This document shows positions 36,881 to 50,277 of a DNA stretch of 64,000 nt, one piece after another. A model generated the notes under the pieces. The model searched no databases, was not told the DNA's origin, and saw only the letters and a list, made by a program, of their open reading frames with translations. Every line of letters begins with the position of its first letter. Within the stretch, counting starts at the first letter, position 1. Both the position numbers and the translations under genes were made by a program. This DNA comes from Isurus oxyrinchus (lineage: Eukaryota): contig JANJGN010000026.1 of NCBI GenBank assembly GCA_026770705.1, positions 27,156,001 through 27,220,000 on the forward strand. Reading direction: 5' to 3'.

Positions 36881-39800
36881 ATTTCATTAGATCCATTTAG
36901 TTTGAAGTACATGAATCGGGCTGAGAGAATACATTAGCCATACGTGGTCTACATGTTGTGGAGTAAAGACAATGACCCACAGCGAAGAGACAAGGCACAG
37001 AACCAGAGAGGAAAAAATTACACAGAGAGAGAGAGAGAGAGACGATACAGGACATCTCTACAAACACATTTTCCGTGTCTTTATATTTCATGATAAGTGG
37101 GAATCTTTCTTAATTCTGAACATCGATATCGTCGTGGCATAATTCTCATATCATTGACATTTAAAATTGCCCAAAAAACAATTGTTACTGGAATCGGTTG
37201 ATACATTTGCATGTTTGAATCTATTTCTGTGCTGTGTTGGTGGGGAAATATTTGCTGTGTTTTTGTTTCTCCAGAATCTAATCCGGGACTTCTATTTCTG
37301 TGTTTATTTACATAAACGCCTCACTGATTTCAATGAAGTGTTCATGGCAGCAAAACGAGATAAACACCGACACTTATTGATTGGTTTCTACTCAAAACAA
37401 AGATTTATTTTGAGAATATTGACAGTTGGTACAAAATGAATAGAAAATTCTTCAACATTCATTGGAACAGATGTTATTTATTCAAAACAAATAGAAATTC
37501 ATTTAAATTAAGAATTTAATTCCAAAAGTTCCACTTTCACAATCAATGAAGAATCTTTGAACAGGCTAGGATTCCACTGAATGTCAATTTGATTGAAGAT
37601 TTAACCCATTTAAACTGGACAAGTTAAAACAGCAGCCAGAGAAGTGACCTACAATCATATTAATCTCCGAGTTTTCAACATATCACAATGAGCATTTTAA
37701 AATGTTAACATTGAGAAAGGCTTTGCATTTATACAACACTGCTCACGACCCCAGGAGGTCCTAAAACCCTTAAAGCTTGTGATGTAGCTTTGTTGAAGTT
37801 TAATCACTGCTGTAATGTTGGAAGTCCATCCGGTGATTTGTGCACAGCAAGTTTCCACGAATAGAGCTGTGAAAAATGATCAGATAATATGTGATTTTAG
37901 TTGATGAATGAATATTGGTCTAGAATAGAGGGCAGAACAGTCCTGCTCGAGAGAATTGTACCAAGGGAGATTTTGCATCTGTTATCGACCTGAAAGTTTG
38001 AGATCTGTTTCTCTCTCTACTGATGTCCACAGACCTGCTGAGTTTTTTTTTGTTTTGCTTTAGATTTCCAGAATCCACAGTATTTTGCAGCACTTTAATT
38101 CTTTCTTATGATATGGGCATGATTGATGAAGTAACTATTGCACTTTTCCATGTCTCATTTTATGATAGGCCAGATCATACATCAATAATCTCTTCACTAC
38201 CCTCTGTCTTAGTTTATATTAAAATAGTCCCTTTGTCAGTAATCACTGCACGAGACCCTGTCTCAGTTTATATTAATCTAGACCCTGTATTGGTAATCAC
38301 TGCACTCTGTCCTGTCTCAGTTTCTATTAACCTGGACCTTGTATCAGTAATTATTGCACTATACACTGAATCAGTTTATATCAATCTAAACCCTACGTCA
38401 GTAATCTGTGCACGGGATCCTGTCTCAGCTCATATTAATCTAGACACTGTATCAGTAATCAGTGCACTGGACCCTTTCTCATTTAAAATTAACATAGTCC
38501 CTTTGACAGTAATCACACACTGGACCTTGACTCGGTTTATAATAATCGATACCTTGTATCAGTAATCACTGCACTATGCCATGTATCAGTTTATATTAAT
38601 CTAGACCCTGTATCCTTAATCACTACATTAGACACTTGCTCAGTTTGCATTCGTCTATATCCTGTATCAGTAATCACTGCACTAGACCCCATCACAGTTT
38701 GTATTAGTCTTGATCCTGCATCAGTAATCACTGCACTAGACTCTGCCTTAGATTATATTAATCTAGTCTCTGTATCATTACTTACTGCCCTGGACATGGT
38801 CTCAGTTTATTTTGATCTAGATATTGTATCAGTGATCAGTGCACTATAAACTTTCTCAGTTTATATTGATTTAGAGTCTGTATCAGTAATCTCTGCACTG
38901 GACCATGTTTCAGTTTATATTAAGCTAGTCTCTGTATCAGCAATAAAAGCAACATACCTTGCCCCAGTTTATTATAATCCAGACCTTGTTTCAATAACCA
39001 TTGCACCAGAGCCCGTCTCAGTTCATATTAATCTAATCCCTGTATCAGCATTCACTGCACGATGCCTTTCCCGAGTTCCTATTAATTTAAATCCTGCATC
39101 AGTAATTACTGCACTAGACCCTGTACATGTTATATTAAGCTATACCTGTATCAGTAATCACTGCACTATGCCCTGCCTCAGTTTATATTAATCTAGACCG
39201 TGTGTAAGGAATCACTGCACTAGGTCATGCCTCAGTTCATATTAACCTATGCCATGCATCAGTAATAACTGCATTGGACACTCTCTCAGTTTATATTGAT
39301 CTGAACCCTGTATCAGTGATCACTGCTCTGGACTTGTTCTCATTTTATATTGATCCAGACTCTGTATTAGTAATCTCTGCAGTAGAGCCGGTCTCAGTTT
39401 ATATTAATAAAGAGACTGCATTAGTGATCACTGCACTTGGCCCTGTCTCAGTTTCTATTAATCTGGGCCCTCTATCGATAATCACTGAATCATGCTCTAC
39501 CTCAGTGTTTATCAATCTTGGCCCTGTATAAGGATCAGTGAACTAGACCCTGTCTCAATTAATATTGATCTAGACCCAGTATCTGTTATCTCTGCATGCA
39601 AGCCTGCCTCACTTTATATTTGCCTAGTCCCTGTATCATTAATCATGGCACAAGAACCTGTCTCAGTTTATATCACCCTAGACCCTGTTACAGTAATCAC
39701 TGCATTTGGCCATGTCTTAGCTTCTATCAATCTCGGCCCTGTATCAGTAATCACAGCATTGGACACTGTATTAGTTTGTATTAATCTGGACCATGTATCA

Positions 39801-42800
39801 GTAATCACTTCACTAGCCTGAGTCCCTGTTTATATTTACCTGGGCCCTGATCAGTAACCACTGCACCATGGCCTGTCTTACTTTATATTAGTCTAGTCCC
39901 TGTGTCACTAATTACAGCACTAGAACCTGTCTCAGTTTATATTAACCGAGAGCCTGTATCAGTATTCACTGAACTATGTCCTGCCTCAGTTTATATCAAC
40001 CCAGACCCTGTAACAGTAATCACTGCACTGGACACTGTCTCAGTTTCTATTAGCCCAGATCATGTATCAGTAGCCACTGCAATAGACACTGTCTCAGTTT
40101 ACATTGATCTAGACCCTATATCGGTAATCACTGCAATGGACATTGTCTCAGTTTATATTGATCTAGACCCTGTATCAGTAATCACTGCACTTGGCCCTGT
40201 ATCAGTTTCTATTAATCTAGACACTGTATCAGTAATCAGTTAAAGTTGATCCAGACCCTGTATCAATTATCTCTGCACTAAAGCCTGTCTCAGTTTATAT
40301 TAATTTGGTCCCTGTATCACTAATTACTGAGCAAGAACCTATCTCAGTCTATATTGATCTAGACCCTATATCAGTAATCACTGCACTAGCCCATTTCCTA
40401 GTTTATATTTACCTGGGCCCTGTAGCAGTTTCTATTAATCTAGATTCTGTATCAGCAATCATTGCATTAGCCCATGTCCTAGGTTATATTTATCTACCTG
40501 CCTAAGTTTACATATTTGTAGACCCAGTATCAATAATCACTGCACTACACCCTGTCTCACTTTGTATTGATCTAGCCCTGTATCAGTCATCACTGCACTG
40601 GACAATGTTTCAGTTTATATTAATCTAGGCCCTGTGTCTGTAATCACTGCACTAAGCCCTTTCTCAGTTTAAATTAATCTGGAGCCTGTACCAGTAATCA
40701 CTGCACTAGGCTCTGCCTCAGCTGATATCAATCTAGACCCTCTATCAGTCATTACTACAGCTGGCCCCGTCTCAGTTCATATTAATCTAGACCCTTTCTC
40801 GGTAATCATTGTGCTAGATACTGTCTCAGTTTATACTAGTCCAGACCCGCTATCAGTAATCAATGCACTAGACCATCTCTCAGTTTATATTAATCTAGAG
40901 CCTGTATTGGCAAACCATGCTCTATGCTCTTTCTCAGTTTATATCAATCTAGGCCCTATATTAGTAATCATTGCACTTGGCTCTCTCTTCGTTTATGTTA
41001 ATCTAGACTTTGTATTAGTAATCATTGCATTAGACTGTGTCTCAGTTTATATAAATGTAGACCCTGTATCAGTAATCAATGCACTAGGTCCTGTCTCAAT
41101 TTATATTAATTTAGATCCTGTATCACTAATCACTGTTCTAGGCTCTGTCTCAGTTCTTATTAATCTAGAACTGTATGAGTAATCTCCGCAATCTGCCCTC
41201 CCTCAGTTTTTATAAATGTAGATCCTATATCAGTAACCCCTGCTCAGGCCACTGTCTTACTTCATATCAATCTAGACCCTGTATCAGTAACCACTAAACT
41301 AGACTCTGTCTCAGTTCATATTAACCTATGCCATGTATCAGTTATAACTGCACTGGACACTGTCTCGCTTTATATTGATCCAGACTCTGTATTAATAATC
41401 ACTACAATAGAGCCTGTCTCAGTTTATATTAATGAAGAGACTGCATTAGTAATCACTGCACTAGGCCCTGCCTCGTTTTATGTCTCGCGACCCTGTATCA
41501 GTAATCACTGCACTTGGCCTTGTCTCAGTTTCTATTAATCTAGGCCCTCTATCTGTAATCACTGTATTATGCTCTACCTCAGCATGTATCAATATTGACC
41601 CTGTATAAGTATCAGTGAACTAAACCCTGTCGCAGTTAATATTGATCTATACCCTGTATCAATTATCTCTGCACTCGAGTCTTTCTCACTTTATAATAGT
41701 CTAATCCCTGTATCACTAATTACGGCACTCAAACCTGTCTAAGTTTACATTAACCTAGAACCTGTATCAGTATTCACTGCACTAGGCCCTGCCTCAGTTT
41801 ATATCAACCTAGACCCTGTTACAGAAATCAGTGCACATGGCCATGTCTCAGTTTCTAACAATCTAGAACCTGTATCAGTAATCATTGTATTGGACACTGT
41901 CTCAGTTTATATTGATCGAGACTATGTGTCAGTTATCACTGCAATAGACATTGTCTCAGTTTATACTGATTGAGACCCTGTGTTAGTAATCACTGCACTA
42001 GCCCCTGTCCCAGTTTATATTTATCTGTGCCCTGCGTCAGTAATTACTGCACTAGGCCGTGTCTCAGTTTACGTTAATATAGACACTGTATCAGTATTCA
42101 GTGCACTAGACCCTATCTCGGTTATTGTTGACCCAGGCTCTGTATCAGTTCTCTCTGCAGTAGAGCCTGTCTCAGTTTATATTAATCCAGTCCCTGTATC
42201 ACTAATTACTTCACTAGAACCTGTCTCCGTTTATATTGATCAAGACCATGTATCAGTAATCACTGCACTTGGCCCTGTCTCAATTTCTATTAATCTAGAT
42301 CCCGTATCAGCAATTACTACATTAGCCCATGCCCTAGTTTATATTTATCTGCCTGCCTAAGTTTATATATTCACAGACTCTGTATCAGTCATCACCGCAC
42401 AAGATACTACCTCAGTTTATATTGATCTAGCCCATGTATCAGTAATCACTGCACCATACCCTAAATCACTATATATTGATCCAGACCCTGTATCAGTAAT
42501 CACTGTAATGGACACTGTCACTGCACAATGCCCTGCCTCAGCTTTTATCAATCTAGATCCTGTATCATTAATCACTGCACTAGGCCCTGTCTCAGTTTAT
42601 ATTAATCTAGACCCTGTATCAGTCATCAGTGCACTTTGCCCTTCCTGAGTTTACATCAACTTCGCCCATGTATCAGTAATCAAAACAGTTGGCCCTGTCT
42701 CAGTTCATATTAATCCAGACCCTTTCTTGGTAATCATTGCACTAGACACTGTCTCAGTTTATATTAGTCCAGGCCTTGTATCAGTAATGGTAGTGCTAGA

Positions 42801-43103
42801 GAATGCCTCAGTTAATATTAGTCCAGATCCAGTATCAGTAATCAATGCACTAGACCCTCTCTCAGTTTTTATTAATCTAGAGCCTGTATCAATGTTCTAT
42901 GCTCTGTCTCAGTTTATATCAATCTAGGCCCTATTTTAGGAATCACTGCACTTGGCCCTCCTTTCGTTTATGTTAATCTAGACCCTGTATCAGTAATCAC
43001 TGCACTAGGCCCCCTCTCAATTTATATTAAAATAGACCCTGTGCCAGTCAACACTGCACTCAGCCCTGTATCAGTAATCACTGCACTAGACCCAGTCCTA
43101 GCT

Positions 43104-43400
43104 TAAACGAAAACAGAAATACCTGGAAAAACTCAGCAGGTCTGGCAGCTTTGGCAGAGAAGAGCAAAGTTGACGTTTTGAGTCCTCATGACCCTTCAAC
43201 AGAACTAAGTAGAAATAGGAAAGGGGTGAAATATAAGCTGGTTTAAGGCCGGGGGTTGGGTGGGGTGGGGGGGGTGGGTGTGGGGGGGGAGAAGTGGGGG
43301 ATGGGGGTGGAGTTGTTGGGACAAGTAAGCAATGATAGGAGGAGATAGCCAAAAGATGTCACAGACAAAAGAACAAAGAGGTGTCGAAAGTGGTGATATT
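43104..43400 (-). mobile_element. Short 3' fragment of the young PLE family with hammerhead-like motif (43168-43206, GAAA mutated to AAAA)
   Basis: Strong similarity to 18673-18965. Confidence 0.85.
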
Positions 43401-43729
43401 AATCCAGACCATTAATCAGCAATCATTACCCTAGATCCTATCTCAGTTCACATTGATATACACCCTGTATCATTAATCACTGCCCTATTACTTGTGATGG
43501 TGTATATTCATCTCGGCCCTGTATCGGTAATCACTGCACTATGCCCTGCCTCAGTTTATATCAATCTAGACCCTGTATGAGTAATCACTGCGCTAGCCCC
43601 TGTCTTCGTTTATATTAATCTAAACCCTGTGTCAATAAGCTCTGCACTAGGCCCAGTTTTAGTTTATGATAATCTAGGCCCTGCATCAGTAAGCACTGCA
43701 CCAGACATTTTCTTAATTTATACCAATCT

Positions 43730-45023
43730 GGATAAAAGCAAAATATTGCATATGCTGGAAGGCTGAAAGCAAAGCATAAAATGATGGGAAATCTCAGCAG
43801 GTCTGACAGCACCTGTGGATACAGAAGCAGAGTTAACATTTCAAGACCATATGGCTCTTCTTCAGTGTTAAAGAACAGTCGACACATCATGACCTTTATA
43901 CTGTTTAAGCGTGGTGGAGCCGGTGAGTCTGGATAGAAGGCAAGCAATAGGTGGGAGTAGGGTGACAATGACAAACATCATAGGCGAAAAGACAAAGAGA
44001 GTGTTAATGGTGATGGTAAGGCTAAAAAAGGTGCTAATAGTGGCATAAATGTAAGAAAGCAGAATGTGTTAATAGGAGAACCAGAATAAGCACACTGTGA
44101 AAGAACAACATGGAACAATTAACAGATAGCCCTTATGGGGATGTGGTTCATGGTGGTTGGGGTAAAATGGTATAAAAAGGAATAAAAAAAGGATAAGAAG
44201 GGGGATAAAATAATGAATAAATGAATAAGACTGTGAAGTGCCTAACTGGGAGATAAGGTGCTGTTGCTCCCATTTGTGTTGTACTTCACTGAAACATTGC
44301 AACAGGCCAAGGACAGGCATGTGGGCATGCGAGCAGGAAGTTGTGTTGAAAGGGCTAGCGACAGGGAGGCCTGGGTCATGCTTGCAGACAGGCTGAAGAT
44401 GTTCCACAAAGCAGTCACCCAGTCTGTGTTCGGTTTCCCCAGTCTACAGGAGGTGGCATTGGGAGCAGTGAATGCAGTAGAGCAAATTGGAAGAGGTGCA
44501 ATGAAGCGGTGCTTCACCTGAAAGGTGTGTTTGGGCCCTTGGACGGTGAGGAGGCAAGGTGTGGCATCTTCTTGATTGCATGGGAAGGTGCCATGGGAAG
44601 GGGCTAAGGTGTTGGGGGTGATGGAGAAGTGGACCATGGTGTCCTGGAGGGAATGGTGTCTACGGAATGCTGACAGTAGTGGAGGGGGTGGGGTGGTGAG
44701 GGAAAGATGTGTTTGGTGGTGGTATCATGCTGGAGTTAGCGGAAATGGCTGAGGATGTTCCTTTGACTCCAGAGGCTGGTGGGGTGAAATTTGCGGGCAA
44801 GGGAGGCCCTATCATCATTCCGGGAGGAAGGAGAAAATGTGAGCAGAGGCTCGGACACAATTGAAAGCCCTGTCAACCACAGTGCTGGGGAAACTTTAGT
44901 TAAGGAAGAAGGAAGACATGTCAGAAGTTCTGCTTTTGAAAGTGGCATAATCGGAACAGATGCGAAGGACGTAAAGCAACTGAGAGAATGGGATAGTGTT
45001 TTTCCAGATTTTTCTGCTTTTAT
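43730..45023 (-). mobile_element. Older frameshifted PLE copy with a short inverted terminal piece
   Basis: Colinear with 19210-19980 (RT C-terminus/GIY-YIG). Hammerhead-like CTGAAGA...GAAA at ~43830-43866. 45000-45023 inverts the 43732 end. Confidence 0.85.
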
Positions 45024-45634
45024 ATTAATCTAGACCCTGTATCAGTAATCACTGCATTAGACCCTATCTCAGTTTCTAATAATCAAGACCCTGCACCAGT
45101 AATCACTGCACTGGACCCTGTCTCAGCTGATAATAACCCAGGCCCTGCATTAGTTATAACTGCACTAAACCCTGCCTCAGTTTATGTCAATCAAGGCCCT
45201 GTCTTAGTAATTCCTAAACATCCCTGGTTCAATGTATTTTGTATCCTCATCTGCAGCTGTCAATGCTAGACTACACACTGCTTTAGTTATTGTTCTATTA
45301 GAGAACGTCATTGTTAATAGTACAATGGGCCCTATCTTATTTATTAACACAGTCATCCATATCTCTATTTTTGTTGCAATTGGTCCTTTCTCAATTATCA
45401 TTTAACCTGACCTTGCCACAGTTTGTATTATTAGATCTTGTGTCAGTTATTACCACACTATGCTATGCTTCTGTGGACACCCAGTTGACCTTTTTTCTGT
45501 TCGTACCATAGCACTCCCATGTCTGAATTTATAATTCACTACACCTTGTGTTTCGTTATTTTACACTGTACCATGCTTCAGTTATCACTGCCCTTGGCCT
45601 GATGACCTTGTCTCAGTTATGACAGTACTAGACC

Positions 45635-46290
45635 ATACGAACATACGAACAGGGAGCAGGAGTAGGCCATTTGGACCCCCGAGGCTACTCCGCCATTTAA
45701 TAAGATCATGGCTGATCTGATAGTAACCTGAAATCAGGATCCCACCTATTCCCGATAATCTATCACCCCCTTGCTTACCAAGAATCCATCCACCTCTGCC
45801 TTAAAAATATTCAAAGGCTCTGTTTCCACTGCCATTTTAGGAAGAGAGTCCCAAAGATTCATGATCCTGAGTGAAAAAAGTGCGCCTCATCTCCGTTTTA
45901 CATGGGCGATCCCTTAATTTTAAAAAGTGACCCCAGTCCTAGATTCTCCCACAAGAGGAAACATCCTCTCCACATCCACCCTGTCAAGACTCCTCAGGAT
46001 CATATATGTTTCAGCCAAGTCGCCTCTTACTCTTCTAAACTCCAGCAGATAGAAGCCAAGCCTGTCCAACCTCATTAGGCAACCCACCCATTCCAGGTAT
46101 TCATCGAGTAAACCTTCTCTGAACTGCTCCTCACACATTTACATCCTTCCTTAAATAAGGTGACCAATAATGTGCACAGTTCTCTAAACGTGGTCTCACT
46201 CGTGCCTGGTATAACTGAAGCAGAACTTCCCTACTCTTGTATTCAATTCCTCTCGCAAGAAATGTTATTAGCTTTCCCAATTACTTACCA
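45635..46290 (-). mobile_element. CR1 LINE 3' fragment
   Basis: LDRLGFYLLEFRRVRGDL motif and catacgaa tandem tail. Confidence 0.85.
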
Positions 46291-46554
46291 TTTCCCCTTT
46301 TATCGTTCTCTCGGCACTGTATCTGTGTACATAAGACTATCTGCAGTTTAATTTATTAATGCACTGGACCATGCCTCTATATACACTACAATTGACCTTT
46401 TCTCAGTTATTACTGCACTAGACTCTGTCTTTGTCTATATTGCATTATATGATGCTTCATTTATGAATGCACATAGCTGTGCCTCTATTTCCACTGCAAT
46501 AGACAATTTCTGACCTGCTGTCGCATTGAACAAAGTCTCTGCATTATATGAGGA

Positions 46555-47717
46555 TTCATCTCACAACCAACTTGTGAGAAAAATTATTGCTCATGGAATA
46601 AAAGAGACAGTAGCAACGTGTTTACAAAATTGGCTGAAAAATAGGAAGCAGAGAGTAATGGTCAATGGATGTTTTTCGGGCTGGAGGAAGGTTTGCAGTG
46701 GAGTTTCCCTGGGGTTGGTATTGGGACCCTTGCTTTTCCTGATATACATTAATGATCTAGATCTTGGTGTGCAGGGGACAATTTCAAAGTTGGTGGATGA
46801 TACGAAGCTTGGGGGTGTTGTGAATTGCGAGGAGGACGGTGTGGAACTTCAAGAGGACACAGACAAGTTGGTGGAGTGGGTAGATAAGTGGCAGGTGAAG
46901 TTCAATGTGGAGAAGTGTGACATGATGCATTTTGGTAGGAAGAATATGAACAGACAATATAAAATAAGGGGTGGAATTTTGAAGGTCTGCCGGAGCAGAA
47001 AGACTTGGGTGTATAGGTGCATAGATCATTGAAGGTGGCAGGACAGATGGAGAGTGCAGTTACTAAAACATATAATATCTTGTGCTCTATTAATAGGAAA
47101 TAGAGTACAGGAGCATGGAGGCTATGCTGAGTTTATATGAGATCCTTGTTAGACCTCAGCTGGAATATTGTGTACCCTCCTGGATACCATATTATAGGAA
47201 GGATGTGAAACATTGGAGAGAGTGGAGAAGAGGTTTACAAGAATGCTCCCAGAGATGAGAAACTTCAGCTATGAGTTTAGATTGGAGAAGTTGGGACTGT
47301 TCTCCTTGGAGAGAAGAAGGCTAAGAGGAGATTTGATAGAAGTTTTCAAAATCATGAGTGGGTTGGACAGAGCAGATAGGGAGAAACTGTTCCCACTCGT
47401 AAAAAGATCAAGAACGAACGGGCACAGGTTTAAAGTGATTTGCTAATGAAACAACTGTGACGTGAGAAAAAAAAAACTTATTCACACAACGAGTGGTTTG
47501 AGTCTGGAATGCACTGCCTGGAAGTGTGGTGGAGGCAGGCTCAATCGAATTATTCAAGAGGGCATTAGATGATTATTTGAATAGAAACAAAGTGCAAGGG
47601 TTTTGGGAAAAGGCAGGGCAATGGCACTAGGTCATAATGCTCATTTGGAGAGCCGGTGCCGGCATAATGGGCCGAATGGCCTCCATCTGTGCCTTTAAGA
47701 TTCTGTGATTCTGTGAT
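46555..47717 (+). mobile_element. CR1 LINE 3' fragment (RT domain to tail)
   Basis: VLGPLLFLIYINDL...KLVDDTKL and LGLFSLERRRLRGDL, ending in gattctgtgattctgtga. Confidence 0.9.
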
Positions 47718-50061
47718 ATTACTGTATTAGGCTGCTTCATTCATTACTGTACTCTCCAATGTCTCACCTTATATTATAGAGGTCCAATCCCATGTATTGA
47801 TACACTAGACCCAGTCTCAGTTATTACTGCACTATAAGAGGTCTCTGTTAACTAGAGATAGAGAGAGAGAGCCAGATGGATAGGTGGGTATTAATTTTAA
47901 AAATGTTATGGTACCCTGTTTGTAAAAAGGGGTTGGAAGAATACGTTTAGTCTCGTTAATGACTATTAGGCATTGGGTGCAATTTCTAACTGCTTTCGTG
48001 TTACTTGTGTAATGTTTTTATTGAAAGGATGGGGCAAATTTTATTACATTCTCTTAGTCAATGAGATTGAGGAATAGAAATAAAGGTGAACCACATTGCA
48101 CTGCACATTGCACAACTTAGTCACAAGCTGCATTATGTTAGAGATGACTAACTCATACTTGAGTTGACCTGTGGCAATTGCTCACAGTTTTCTTTAATTT
48201 TAAGATTTTTTCCCCCACTTTACCAATCCGGCTTTCTGTTTGCTTTTGGCGTGGTCACTGACTGTGAGAGACAGAGTCTGAAACCGTATCCTCAGGCGAA
48301 TGGGCGTCCGCGGGGTCCTGATGACACATTGTGTGTGTGTGTTGGTGTGTGCGTCTGTGTGTAGCTGTAATGTGGTTGTGGAGGTGGGTACGTCTGGAAC
48401 ACGTCATTTTTCATTGCTTGCAAAAGAGATTACAATTATTTTTCAGCACGTTATAATAGCTTATTGAGGATATTATTACAAATCCTATGCTACCGTTAAT
48501 ATTTATTGGTAATACAATGTCTTGCGTGCTCTTGAAAGTAATGTCAAGCTGGCAATTCTGTTGTCAAGGCAAATACATCTTTCAAATGACTCACTGAACT
48601 TCTTCCCTCTCCTCCTCTGTCTCATACTACACCGAAATCAGTTAACCTCTCTTCTCTCTCTCAGACTTCACTTAACTCACTTACAGACTCACAAGGGCCG
48701 GACCTGGCAGCTACAAGGAACCAATGTTTAAATCTTCTGCTTAAGGAACATTATCACTGAAAAGATTAAGCGTCAAAACCTCATCAGAGGAAAATTCAGT
48801 GCCAAAAAGACACCAGCTCACTCACTTAACCTCTCTCCTCTCTTTCTCTCAGACAGCACCAAACTCTCTTAACACTTTATATCTTAGAATTACCCTCTGT
48901 GAGGGAAATTATTGTTTTAATTTCCCCTCTTTTCTCTCAGTGATAACCTTCAGTCCATCATGCCTTCAGTTAATATGTTATAACCAAAATAATCTCATTT
49001 ATTCAATTCTTTAAACTGGGAATAGAGCTGAATGTAATGCTGAGACCTGCAGCAATCTGTGTGGTTGTTCTTGATGCTGTCAGAGTGAGTTCACCCTCAC
49101 AGACAGGAAGACTGTTCATGATGATAGCATGAAACTGACGCCTGCTGTTTCATTCTCAGGTAACACAACTTCCTGTTCCTCTGTTGCCGATTCCAAACCG
49201 CACATCTCACTTCTGAGCAGGAAATAAACCCAGGGGCTACAATCTGATGAGAACATCTGTCAAGGCGGCCTATATCTGGCCACAGGGTCAGGGCAGAGTC
49301 ACACAGATCACATTGTGGCGACATTTACAAATGAGACTGTTGTGATCTGTTTAGAGCTTCCATTGCAGGACATAACTGGATGGTCAGTGGATCAGTCACT
49401 GAGCTCCCTTGAGTCCCTGAAGTGGGATAATGAAGCTTTGTTACCTTTCATTTTTCTTATCATTCTCTCCACTCAACCTCCCCACCTCCCCATTCCGCCG
49501 CCCCCTGACATGATCTGTTCCCAGTTCCCATTACATTAGTACCAACGTGACATACTGCAGATGCTAGAAATCTAAAATAAAAACAGAAGGTGCTGGAAAT
49601 ATTCCACAGGCTTTCAGAACGTGGAGAGTCTGTTTTTGTACCTTCGTGCTCTTGCAGAAAGGCGCAGAGAGGTGGAAGAATTTTAGAGGCGCATTAACAA
49701 TCTGCACTGAGTTGCACGAATTTTCCTTCAATGGCCAACAAACCCTGGAGAGGAGCTTGGACCCAGGTCTTTCAGCACAGAAGCAGGAATGTTACCAAAT
49801 GTCCCGCTCGGGAATGTAGCAGCTTTAAAGAGAAACACAGTTAGTTTCAAATCGATGAACCTGGTTCCGATGTACAGTCATCAACATAAAACATTAACCC
49901 TGTTTGGCTCCTCAGAATCTGCTTGACCTTCAGAGCAATTTCAGCATGCTTTGCTTTTATCTGCAATTACACAAGACCATTTCAGTGTCATTACATTAAC
50001 TCCATCTCATTCATATTGCAATGGTGTTTGACTCTGTTATTAGACATTAGACAAAACATTT

Positions 50062-50277
50062 NNNNNNNNNNNNNNNNNNNNNNNNNNNNNNNNNNNNNNN
50101 NNNNNNNNNNNNNNNNNNNNNNNNNNNNNNNNNNNNNNNNNNNNNNNNNNNNNNNNNNNNNNNNNNNNNNNNNNNNNNNNNNNNNNNNNNNNNNNNNNNN
50201 NNNNNNNNNNNNNNNNNNNNNNNNNNNNNNNNNNNNNNNNNNNNNNNNNNNNNNNNNNNNNNNNNNNNNNNNNNNNN
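50062..50277. other. Assembly gap
   Basis: Run of N. Confidence 0.99.

Larger units (their letters stand above)
38130..45630 (+). repeat. 27/54-bp heterodimeric satellite array, interrupted by two PLE insertions
   Basis: Alternating CTAGACCCTGTCTCAGTTTATATTAAT and CTAGACCCTGTATCAGTAATCACTGCA. Relics of the same unit occur at ~28350, 29150, 35100, 46300, 50650-51170, 51700-52750 (-) and 57780-58600. Confidence 0.95.

Noticed and set aside
38023-42927. ORFs with LDPVSVITA/LDPVSVYIN repeats as a repetitive protein gene
   Set aside because: By-product of the 27-bp period. Frequent stops and frameshifts, and no start or splice structure.
38130-43100. Satellite as an RSS array (AGTTTATAT-24-CACTGCA) or as a CRISPR/switch region
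   Set aside because: The reverse heptamer TGCAGTG lacks the essential CAC and the spacer is 24. There are no unique spacers, and it is upstream of V rather than of C.
48275-48335. GAAA...CTGATGA as a hammerhead ribozyme or C/D snoRNA
   Set aside because: I could not build the required stems or terminal pairing.
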